A DNA stretch of 64,000 bases from Planctomycetota bacterium (lineage in GTDB: Bacteria; Planctomycetota; Planctomycetia; Pirellulales; Pirellulaceae), in NCBI GenBank assembly GCA_014238905.1, contig JABAAE010000012.1:104156-168155 (forward strand), read 5' to 3'. The notes under the pieces were generated by a model. It made no database searches and was not told where the DNA came from. It saw only the letters and a list, made by a program, of their open reading frames with translations. Position numbers and translations under genes: made by a program. Positions within the stretch are counted from its first letter, which is position 1. Each line of letters starts with the position of its first letter. Shown here in pieces: positions 55,647 to 64,000 of this stretch.

Positions 55647-58600
55647 ATGAAAATATCGGCAAAAGCAATTGAACGACCCAGGATTGTCATTATTGCGTGC
55701 ATCCTCGTTTTTGTGATTTCATGCTGGGCCGGCTTGCTGATACCGGTGCAGCGGGCTCCAGCGATTAGCAAAGCGGTTGTCATGGTCACGGTACCCTTTC
55801 CGGGCGCCGAACCCAACGAGGTTGAGCAACAGGTCACTCGAAAAATAGAGGATCGTCTTCAACGGTTGGATAACGTCGAGTTCATTTCCTCAACCAGCAT
55901 GAGAGGTGTTGCGGTCATTCAGGTCGTTTTCCTCGACGGAGAGGATTCTGAGGCGGCTCGAATCAAAGTAAAGGACATTGTCGACGAGGCCCGTGGCGAG
56001 CTTCCACAGGGCCGTCGAGTGATTCCCGGCGTCAATAGGATCGATTTTGATAACACTCCACTGATCCTGGTCAACCTCATGGCGCCCGATGAATTCGACG
56101 AGGCTGCCCTGAGAAAGATTGCCGAGGAAGTCCGAGACGAGATCGACCCGGTTGCTGGAGTTTCCGGAACGCAAGTTTTTGGAGGTCGAGAACGAGAGGT
56201 CCATGTTGATGTCAATCTGGACTTAGCGGCCGAGCATGGACTGACGCTACCGGATGTTCAGGCGGCACTGAGACAGTTTCATGCAGAACGACCGGGGGGG
56301 TCCCTGGACACAGGATCATTTGACCCGCAAATTATTTCGGAAACCAAGTTTCGAACCACCGAAGATGTCGGTAACACGATAGTCCAGGAGAGCGATGGCA
56401 GGGTCATTCGAGTTCGTGACTTGGCGAAAATATCGGATACCTACGAGAGAATCAAGAATGTTTCCTACCTGGATGGCCAAAATTGCGCCACGATTATGGT
56501 GTACAAGGAGGCTGATATCAACACTTTGGCCGCCGTGCAGGCCATCGCCCGAAAAGTGGAGGAATTGGAACCCAAGTATCCCACCATTCAATTTACGACC
56601 ACACGCGATACTTCTGAAGAAATCCAGTTGATGTTTCGAGTACTGGGTTCCAGTTTTATTTTTGGAGCGTTGTTAATCGTGGTGATACTCGGGTGGACGA
56701 TGGGTTTGCGGATAGCGACTTTGGTGCTGCTGGCGATCCCCTTCAGTTCAGGTGTCGGGTTGGCCTGCTTGTATTGGATCGATGTCCCCCTTTCCAATAT
56801 GGTGGTTTTTTCTTTCATTCTGGTCGTCGGTATGGTGGTCGATGGAGCCATTATCGTTGCGGAAAATATCCATCGGCATATTGAACGAGGGCTGCCTCCT
56901 GACGAGGCTGCGAAAATCGGCATCGAAGAAGTCGGAATGCCGGTGATAATGGCAGATTTGACGACAATTGCGGCCTATTTGCCGATGCTATTGGTGCCCG
57001 GAATCTTGGGGGATTTCATGAGCGTCATGCCAATTGTGGTCAGCGTGTCCTTGCTCGGTTCGGTGCTGGTGGATCATTTTGTTATTCCCGCAATAGCGGC
57101 CCGCTGGTATCGCCAAAAAGAGCCCACCCGTCCCGAGTTATCATCGTCATCCAACACAACCCGAGAAGCCAATCACCCTCAGCCGGGTAACGCCCAGGAC
57201 CCATCGGTCGTTCTGGGTGATTTTCGACCGGCAGGATGGGGGACCAACGCCTATCGGAGAGTCCTTAACTGGGGAATGGACTACGATTGGGCAGTTGGGA
57301 TTTGCGGGCTGCTTGCGATCACATGGGCCGTCGTGATGGCGGGTAAAATCGGCACGGATTTCTTTCCGCAGGGAGATGTCGGTCAGATCGAAGTCAAGTA
57401 CGAATTGCCATTGGGAAGTAGCTTGCATCAAACGGTCGCTGCTTCGAAGGTCATTACGGATTCCATTGCCGAACTCAAATTGGATCGTGCTCAAGATGGG
57501 GAGCCCGAGGTTCGGCATTACGTCTCGGCGATTGGTTCGACGGAGGGGCTGGCCAGTCGTCTGGAAAATGATCCAACGGTGGGACCCGAATTTGGGACGA
57601 TTATGGTGCAATTAATCTCTCCTCTTGATCGGGTCCGACATGAGACGGAGGTGATCGAGGATCTTAGGCGTCGCATCGACTCCAGAATGCACAAGGTGCC
57701 CGGCATGTCCTATAAGCTGGAACGGGTAGAAGAAGGACCGCCCGGTGGATTTGATGTTGCGATTCGGCTCGAGTCGGATGACCACAGGGAATTGGGTCGT
57801 GTTGGGCAGCTACTGATGGATCAGTTGGAAAACATTCCACATACATTAGATATCGGGATGGATTACCGACCTGAAAATCCCGCCATCGCCTATCAGCCGA
57901 ACGAATTTGTCCTGCCTTTTTACAATATCAGTGAGGCGGACATTAATAATTCCATCTACACGGCGGTCAATGGTGACGATTCCATTGTTTTATCGATCGA
58001 TGATGAGGATGTACCCCTGAGGGTCCAAGCTTCCGCTGAATTCAGAAAAACTCGATCCGAGTTGGGTCGAATGAGGATTCGAGGTCGCGATGGAAAGATG
58101 GCATCGATCGCGGAGCTCTGCGATGTCAAACGTATTCAGGGTGTCTACGCCGTCAACCGTTACGATCTAAAACCTGCTGTGACCGTACGGTGTAATCTCG
58201 ACAAAACAGAATTGTCCAGTGAAGAGGTCTTTGACCTTTTGCGGCAGGAAGTGTTTCCAGGGATCGGCTTTATGCCCGACCGGCAAATGAATGATTTTTC
58301 GGTGCTTGGTTTTGATCTCACTTCGTTGATAGAGGCGGTGGGCTTCAGTTTTGATGAAACTCCAGTCCGGTTTAGCGGATTGGATGGATCCGAGGTTTCT
58401 GGTGTCCGAGCGAAATTCACTGGGGAAAACGAGGAATTCCAAAAAAGTTTTGCCTCTTTGCAACTGAGTATGTTGATCGCAGTGGTCCTGATATTCGCCA
58501 TACTTGTCTTGCAATTCAATTCATTTCGCCAAGCCTGTATTGTCATCATGACGGTTCCGTTTAGCTTCATTGGGGTAATTGCTGGAAGCTATGTCTGCGG

Positions 58601-58931
58601 ATTCCCATTTAGTCTTGCCACATTCATCGGACTGGTTAGTTTGGCCGGCGTGGTGGTTAATGACGCCATCGTTGTGATGGATTTTATCAACCAGGCGAGG
58701 CGTCGCGGTCTTTCCAAACGGGATGCGATATTGGAAGCCGGTGCTAATCGCCTGCGACCGGTTCTTTTAACCACCATCACCACGATTGGCGGCCTTTTGC
58801 CCTTGTTTCTCAACCTGACTGGTGGAGCCGAGTTTTGGCAACCCCTTTGCGGTGCTGTCGTCTTTGGTTTGGCATTTGCGACGGTGTTGACACTTTTGGT
58901 CGTCCCAGTGGCCTGCTGGCGTCTGTATTGA
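55647..58931 (+). CDS. Efflux RND transporter permease subunit (AcrB-like)
   Basis: 1094 aa. Twelve predicted TM segments in the 1 + 5 ... 1 + 5 arrangement with two large periplasmic loops. Typical RND motifs such as ...VVDGAIIVAENIHRH... and ...VVNDAIVVMDFINQ... Confidence 0.85.
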   Translation: MKISAKAIERPRIVIIACILVFVISCWAGLLIPVQRAPAISKAVVMVTVPFPGAEPNEVEQQVTRKIEDRLQRLDNVEFISSTSMRGVAVIQVVFLDGEDSEAARIKVKDIVDEARGELPQGRRVIPGVNRIDFDNTPLILVNLMAPDEFDEAALRKIAEEVRDEIDPVAGVSGTQVFGGREREVHVDVNLDLAAEHGLTLPDVQAALRQFHAERPGGSLDTGSFDPQIISETKFRTTEDVGNTIVQESDGRVIRVRDLAKISDTYERIKNVSYLDGQNCATIMVYKEADINTLAAVQAIARKVEELEPKYPTIQFTTTRDTSEEIQLMFRVLGSSFIFGALLIVVILGWTMGLRIATLVLLAIPFSSGVGLACLYWIDVPLSNMVVFSFILVVGMVVDGAIIVAENIHRHIERGLPPDEAAKIGIEEVGMPVIMADLTTIAAYLPMLLVPGILGDFMSVMPIVVSVSLLGSVLVDHFVIPAIAARWYRQKEPTRPELSSSSNTTREANHPQPGNAQDPSVVLGDFRPAGWGTNAYRRVLNWGMDYDWAVGICGLLAITWAVVMAGKIGTDFFPQGDVGQIEVKYELPLGSSLHQTVAASKVITDSIAELKLDRAQDGEPEVRHYVSAIGSTEGLASRLENDPTVGPEFGTIMVQLISPLDRVRHETEVIEDLRRRIDSRMHKVPGMSYKLERVEEGPPGGFDVAIRLESDDHRELGRVGQLLMDQLENIPHTLDIGMDYRPENPAIAYQPNEFVLPFYNISEADINNSIYTAVNGDDSIVLSIDDEDVPLRVQASAEFRKTRSELGRMRIRGRDGKMASIAELCDVKRIQGVYAVNRYDLKPAVTVRCNLDKTELSSEEVFDLLRQEVFPGIGFMPDRQMNDFSVLGFDLTSLIEAVGFSFDETPVRFSGLDGSEVSGVRAKFTGENEEFQKSFASLQLSMLIAVVLIFAILVLQFNSFRQACIVIMTVPFSFIGVIAGSYVCGFPFSLATFIGLVSLAGVVVNDAIVVMDFINQARRRGLSKRDAILEAGANRLRPVLLTTITTIGGLLPLFLNLTGGAEFWQPLCGAVVFGLAFATVLTLLVVPVACWRLY

Positions 58932-59136
58932 GTGAGATTCAGTAATCCGCCTGTATGTCAATTTGTAAGGGGTTTTCCCAAACAAAACAGGGGCCTAGCG
59001 TCCATCGAACCTGCCAACATCCTTTCCTTCCCCATTCATTTTGAGAAATATCATCGTTCGGCACTTGCTAAATTTTTGATGAACTTGATACTAGGGGGAA
59101 TTTTGTTTTTTGCTCGGATACGGAGGGTCTATTTAA

Positions 59137-62100
59137 GTGCCGAAGCGCGACGACATTCAAAAAATTCTTCTAATCGGGTCTGGACCAATAATCATTGGTC
59201 AAGCGTGTGAATTCGATTATTCCGGGACCCAAGCCTGTAAAGCCCTCCGTGAAGAGGGATACGAGGTCGTTCTGGTCAATTCCAATCCGGCGACGATCAT
59301 GACTGATCCCGAAACGGCCGAACGCACGTATATCGAGCCATTGACGTGGGAGGTGGTCGAAAAAGTGATCCAGCGTGAGCGACCGGATGCGTTGCTGCCG
59401 ACGCTTGGTGGCCAGACAGGATTGAATCTCGCGATGGAGCTCCAGCAACACGGAGTGCTGGAAAAATACGACGTAGAAATGATCGGTGCTAACGCTGATG
59501 TGATTGCCAAGGCCGAGGAACGGGAGCAGTTCAAAGCCGCGATGGGCAAAATTGGGCTGGATGTTTGCCTTGGTGAAACGGTGAAAGACATCGAACATGC
59601 TCGAAACGTGGTCAAGGCAATTGGTCTGCCGTGTGTTGTTCGCCCCAGCTTTACAATGGGGGGAAGTGGATCTGCGATCGCTTACAATCGCGATGAATTT
59701 GATACTCTTGTCCAGCGAGGACTTGATCAGTCTCCGGTTACCGAGGTTCTGATCGAAGAGTCGATTATCGGGTGGAAAGAATACGAGATGGAGGTCATGC
59801 GTGACCTCGATGATAACGTGGTCATAATCTGTTCCATCGAAAACTTTGATGCGATGGGCGTGCACACAGGAGATTCAATTACCGTCGCGCCGGCGCAGAC
59901 GTTAACGGACAAGGAGTATCAGCGAATGCGGGATGCGAGTCTCGCTGTCATCAGAGAAATTGGTGTTGAAACCGGTGGGTCGAACATTCAATTCGCCATC
60001 CAACCGGAAACCGGTCGGATGATCGTAATCGAGATGAATCCTCGGGTCAGCCGCTCGAGCGCGCTGGCGTCCAAAGCGACTGGTTTTCCTATTGCCAAGA
60101 TCGCTGCAAAACTGGCTGTTGGTTACCGATTGTGGGAGCTGCCCAATGATATAACCCAAAAAACGAAAGCCTGTTTTGAGCCTACGATCGACTACGTGGT
60201 TACCAAGGTGCCGAGATTTGCATTCGAGAAATTCCCGGAGGCTGACAATACACTGATGACGCAAATGAAAAGCGTCGGTGAGACCATGGCGATCGGTCGA
60301 ACATTCAAGGAGTCGTTTCAAAAAGCACTCCGTGGACTGGAGGTTGGATCATTTGGTTTTGGTTGTGACAACAAGGATCTTTGGTATTCCGATGAAAAAC
60401 CCTCCAGCGATGACATTCGAGCCAAACTTGCACGGCCCAATGATGAGCGAGTTTGGTTTTTGAGGTACGCCTATCTATCGGGTATGTCACTCGAGGATAT
60501 CTATGGATTGACTTCGATTGATCCCTGGTTTCTCCACCAGTTAAAGGAGATCATCGCCATGGAAAATGAGTTGCGATCTATCGACAGTCTTTCCAATGTT
60601 CCTGATGATCTGCTCCGCAAAGCCAAACAATTCGGATTTGCGGATCGTCAGTTGGCGACGATCTGGGGGGTGAGTGACCTGGAGGTTCGCGAGGATCGGG
60701 TAAGTCGTGGCATCGTTGCGACTTTCAAGTCGGTCGATACGTGCGCGGCCGAATTTGAGGCCTACACGCCCTACTATTACTCGACTTACGAGGATGAAGA
60801 TGAAACGCCGCCCAAGGATGTTCGTCAAAAACGGATCATGATCCTGGGAGGGGGCCCCAACCGTATTGGGCAGGGGATTGAGTTTGACTACTGCTGCTGC
60901 CATGCCAGTTTTGCGTTACGTGAACTGGGAATCCAATCGGTGATGGTGAATTCCAATCCGGAGACGGTTAGTACTGACTACGACACAAGTGATTTGTTGT
61001 TTTTTGAACCGCTAACCGCTGAGGATGTTCTTAATATTTGCGATCGGATACAACCTGACGGTGTGATCGTACAGTTTGGTGGTCAGACGCCGTTGAACCT
61101 GGCCCGTGCCCTGGAAACAGCTGGTGTCAATATTATTGGAACCAGTGTAGACACGATTGAAGCTGCTGAGGATCGTGAAAAGTTCCAGAAAATCCTCGAT
61201 CGACTAGGATTGAAACAGCCTGCCAACGGAATTGCCCGGACTATGAACCAGGCGCGTGAAGAAGCTCGGAAAATTGGTTTTCCAGCCTTGGTAAGGCCGA
61301 GCTTTGTTTTAGGTGGGCGGGCGATGGAAATCTGTTATGACAAGGCTCAATTTGAAAGATTCGTAGCCGAGGCGTTTGTCGTCGCACAGGGGCAACCGGT
61401 GCTGATAGACCGATTTTTGGAGGACGCCGTCGAAGTGGATGTGGACGCAATCAGTGATGGCACCGAAGTGATTGTTGCGGGTGTGATGGAGCATATTGAG
61501 GAAGCCGGTGTCCACAGCGGCGATTCCGCTTGTGCGATCCCTCCGTACAGTCTTCCGGGACCCGTTGTCGCGGAAATCAAAAAGGCAACGCATATGCTGG
61601 CCCATGAGCTACGCGTGATTGGGTTGATGAATATCCAGTTTGCTGTCAAAAAAGATTCAGAAGGAAAGCCGGTTGTTTATGTCCTTGAGGTCAATCCCAG
61701 AGCCAGTCGGACTTCACCCTTTGTTGCCAAGGCGACCGGTCTTCCTATCGCCAGAATCGCGGCCAAGGTAATGACAGGAATGACACTGAAAGAACTTGGC
61801 ATCGAATCTGACCCCATTCCGGCTCACGTTTCAGTCAAGGAAAGTGTCTTTCCATTTCGGAAATTTGTGGGAGTGGACATCGTATTGGGGCCGGAAATGC
61901 GAAGTACCGGTGAAGTCATGGGGGTGAGTCGCCGATTCTCGGTAGCGTTTGCGAAATCACAACTGGGTGCCGGTATTATTCTGCCCAAGTCGGGGAACGT
62001 TTTTGTGAGTGTTAGCCAGCGGCACAAAGACCGGGTGGCTGAGCTGGCCAAGAGACTTCATGCCATGGGATACAAGTTATTAGCCACTAGTGGCACAGCG

Positions 62101-62412
62101 AATCGGCTCACCGAAGTTGGTGTACCGGTCGAAACCGTTAAGAAGCTCGCCGAAGGTAATCCCAACCTGATTGATTATCTGAAAAACGAACAGGTGGCTT
62201 TAATTCTCAACACGCCCAATGGAAAAGGAGCCCGCACCGATGAGGGCCGCATCCGGGCAACCGCTGTTCAGCATGGTGTGCCTTGTATCACGACTATTCA
62301 GGCAGCAGAAGCTGCAGTGACTGCGATGGAGGCCATGCGTGAGGAGGAATTTGAAGTGTTATCGTTGCAGGAACGGTTTGCCCAGCATGTTGACAACAAG
62401 GTCCCGAGCTAG
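59137..62412 (+). CDS. carB: Carbamoyl-phosphate synthase large subunit
   Basis: [49 protein letters not shown]. Duplicated ATP-grasp halves (second half [25 protein letters not shown]). MGS-like C-terminus. Confidence 0.95.
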   Translation: MPKRDDIQKILLIGSGPIIIGQACEFDYSGTQACKALREEGYEVVLVNSNPATIMTDPETAERTYIEPLTWEVVEKVIQRERPDALLPTLGGQTGLNLAMELQQHGVLEKYDVEMIGANADVIAKAEEREQFKAAMGKIGLDVCLGETVKDIEHARNVVKAIGLPCVVRPSFTMGGSGSAIAYNRDEFDTLVQRGLDQSPVTEVLIEESIIGWKEYEMEVMRDLDDNVVIICSIENFDAMGVHTGDSITVAPAQTLTDKEYQRMRDASLAVIREIGVETGGSNIQFAIQPETGRMIVIEMNPRVSRSSALASKATGFPIAKIAAKLAVGYRLWELPNDITQKTKACFEPTIDYVVTKVPRFAFEKFPEADNTLMTQMKSVGETMAIGRTFKESFQKALRGLEVGSFGFGCDNKDLWYSDEKPSSDDIRAKLARPNDERVWFLRYAYLSGMSLEDIYGLTSIDPWFLHQLKEIIAMENELRSIDSLSNVPDDLLRKAKQFGFADRQLATIWGVSDLEVREDRVSRGIVATFKSVDTCAAEFEAYTPYYYSTYEDEDETPPKDVRQKRIMILGGGPNRIGQGIEFDYCCCHASFALRELGIQSVMVNSNPETVSTDYDTSDLLFFEPLTAEDVLNICDRIQPDGVIVQFGGQTPLNLARALETAGVNIIGTSVDTIEAAEDREKFQKILDRLGLKQPANGIARTMNQAREEARKIGFPALVRPSFVLGGRAMEICYDKAQFERFVAEAFVVAQGQPVLIDRFLEDAVEVDVDAISDGTEVIVAGVMEHIEEAGVHSGDSACAIPPYSLPGPVVAEIKKATHMLAHELRVIGLMNIQFAVKKDSEGKPVVYVLEVNPRASRTSPFVAKATGLPIARIAAKVMTGMTLKELGIESDPIPAHVSVKESVFPFRKFVGVDIVLGPEMRSTGEVMGVSRRFSVAFAKSQLGAGIILPKSGNVFVSVSQRHKDRVAELAKRLHAMGYKLLATSGTANRLTEVGVPVETVKKLAEGNPNLIDYLKNEQVALILNTPNGKGARTDEGRIRATAVQHGVPCITTIQAAEAAVTAMEAMREEEFEVLSLQERFAQHVDNKVPS

Positions 62413-62516
62413 GAATCGCTTCCTTTGGTTTCAAGGCGCTTTTTAGCTAAACCACTTTTTGCTGAACCGCTGGTTTCAGGTGCTTTTATTTCAATCACCT
62501 GTTTTTCATTAGCGTG

Positions 62517-62540
62517 GGAACGGCGATCCGTTCTTTTTTA
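62517..62540 (+). terminator. Intrinsic terminator candidate downstream of carB
   Basis: gaacgg-cgat-ccgttc followed by ttttttatt, about 105 nt after the stop. A weaker hairpin plus T-rich tract (ctgaa-ccgctggt-ttcag gtgcttttatttc) lies at ~62459..62492. Confidence 0.5.
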
Positions 62541-62618
62541 TTGGCTGTTTTGTATTAGCGGTAGGTTCGTCCGTTTGCTCTTTTGTAATCGCATTCAGCC
62601 GGGGTGCTTCGCGGTGTT

Positions 62619-62671
62619 GCAAGAAATCGCACTTTGTCGCAAGAAATCGCACTTTGTCGCAAGAAATCGCA
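62619..62671. repeat. 20-bp tandem repeat x2.6 (gcaagaaatcgcactttgtc) in the carB-downstream intergenic region
   Basis: Two perfect contiguous copies plus a 13-nt partial copy. A 9-bp inverted repeat acgagttgc...gcaactcgt follows at ~62676..62716. Confidence 0.7.
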
Positions 62672-62898
62672 ATAGCAACGAGTTGCGAGAATTGCTGTTT
62701 TCGTCGTGCAACTCGTGCGACTCTTCGCGAGCCCCTGCGTGCAGGTACTGCTTCGGATTCTGCTTCGCCTCATTTGAAAACTGCTGTTTCCCGAGGGTCC
62801 CTGCCCCTGTTCGAGTCCTCTCCGGTACGCGACCCCGAAATCGCGACGTGCGAATCGATACATTAATTCGCTCATTTTAACCAGCTTAGTCGCCGTTG

Positions 62899-64000
62899 TT
62901 ACTGGCCAATCCTGGCTTCCTTCAATTGAAACGGCCGATCGACGGGGACGTTTTCAAATGATTGCAGTTTTCCGTCGGGCCACCTGACGGTTAATTCATC
63001 AACGACTGTAGCGTTGCCGATACCAATCAAGAGTTGAGCGGGGGACAAACCCATGCAGCCGTTGGCTGGAAACAGATCGCGAATAATCTTCCTCGGGCCC
63101 ACCTTTAAAGTGACTCGTGACCCAATTGCGGGCCGATTGGATTTGGTTCCTTCCAGCTCGATCGAGAGAAATCGATTCGTTCTGGGGAATTGATTGGAGA
63201 ATAATCTCAGGCTCCCACCGCCTGCCGAACCGACCAATAGATCGGGGTACCCATCCTGATCGAAATCGGCCCCGACGGCACTGCGACTGTCAGAGTCGAT
63301 ATCGACGTCTGATGCGAATGAAACATCGAAAAATTTGTGGCCGTCGATGTTTAAATAAAATTTGTTGCGCTCATAGGCGCTCAGGTTTTCGCCTGCCTTG
63401 GTGATGGCGAACGGGTTGGTGGCCCAGAATTCACCAGCAGCATGATCAATATCTCCCAGGGGTTGGATTTCACAGGTTCGATCGGTTGGCCGTGACACGA
63501 CGGCACGCCAGAGACACGTTCAGCCATCCGGTTTTTCACGATCGAAGCTCATGAAGCCGGTGGTCGCATAGAGATCCAGGAGTCCGTCACCGTTGAAGTC
63601 ACACATGATCGGGGCAAATGCCCAGCCCACCTCATTGACGCCGGCCTGATCGGTCACGTCCACATAACGGTTGTCACCGTCGGTTTTTCGATAGAGCCGG
63701 TTTCCTGCACAGGAGCCTTGTATTTGTGGGAAAATATCCTTGGGGTAATCTTCATCCCCGACATGAGAAATGATCCGCCTTCCCATTTTGGAATACATAT
63801 TGGCGACATAAATTTCGGTAGTTCCGTCATTATCCAGATCGCCAGTAGCAACACCCATGCTGGTTGCAAAATCGGCTGCACCGCATACCTCGGAAATGTC
63901 TTCGAATGTTCCATCTCCTTGATTGCGTAACACCAGATTTTTTGCGAAATCGTTGGCGACATAGAGATCGGGGTAATGGTCATCATCAAAATAAAGCCAA
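62899..64000 (-). CDS. ASPIC/UnbV plus FG-GAP/VCBS-repeat protein (CRTAC1-like), N-terminus beyond window end; contains one in-frame TGA (63520..63522)
   Basis: ORFs 63520..63933 and 62899..63498 are in the same frame. Joined: ...DFNGDGLLDLYATTGFMSFDREKPDG-TGA-TCLWRAVVSRPTDRTCEIQPLGDIDH... The upstream part has FG-GAP loops DLDNDGTTEIYVAN and DFNGDGLLDLY. The downstream part has FDQDGYPDLLVG and the ASPIC/UnbV C-terminus ...LTVRWPDGKLQSFENVPVDRPFQL. Confidence 0.55.

Overview
This 64 kb window looks like a Planctomycetes-type chromosomal segment, about 50-55 % GC and densely coding on both strands. Most genes are housekeeping: hemC, a DeaD-like DEAD-box helicase, tkt, smpB, lipA, argF, rph, a tRNA-dihydrouridine synthase, ispD and carB. 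Between them sit genes typical of the lineage: a DUF1573 protein, a DUF1501 plus PSCyt/DUF1549/DUF1553 pair, a Tat-signal Gfo/Idh/MocA oxidoreductase, a Ser/Thr kinase with a long TPR array, a prenyltransferase/squalene-oxidase-repeat protein, a glycine-rich EF-hand secreted protein and an RND pump. I found no rRNA, tRNA, CRISPR array, transposase or integrase. Four things stand out.

- **In-frame TGA codons in three genes.** Three genes are each split by the ORF track into two same-frame pieces separated by a single TGA. In a TlpA-like thiol:disulfide oxidoreductase the TGA replaces the first Cys of the W-C-x-x-C active site (WASW-TGA-TTC), so this is a strong selenocysteine (Sec) candidate. 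The other two are a periplasmic thioredoxin-like protein and an ASPIC/UnbV FG-GAP protein.
- **A flotillin operon with a giant ATPase.** An NfeD-like gene and a flotillin gene, homologous to E. coli yqiJ-yqiK, are followed on the same strand by an uncharacterised 1820-aa MoxR/AAA_5-type ATPase. This is a candidate new flotillin-associated machine.
- **Tandem repeats at stop codons.** Short uninterrupted tandem-repeat arrays (14-25 bp units, 3-6 copies) start exactly on the stop codons of three unrelated genes. Several further tandem duplications lie elsewhere.
- **A decayed tag gene.** The DNA-3-methyladenine glycosylase I gene carries a 17-bp tandem duplication, a 1-bp deletion and an N-terminal TGA.

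Coordinates I derived by hand-counting bases, rather than from the ORF track, may be off by about 1 nt.
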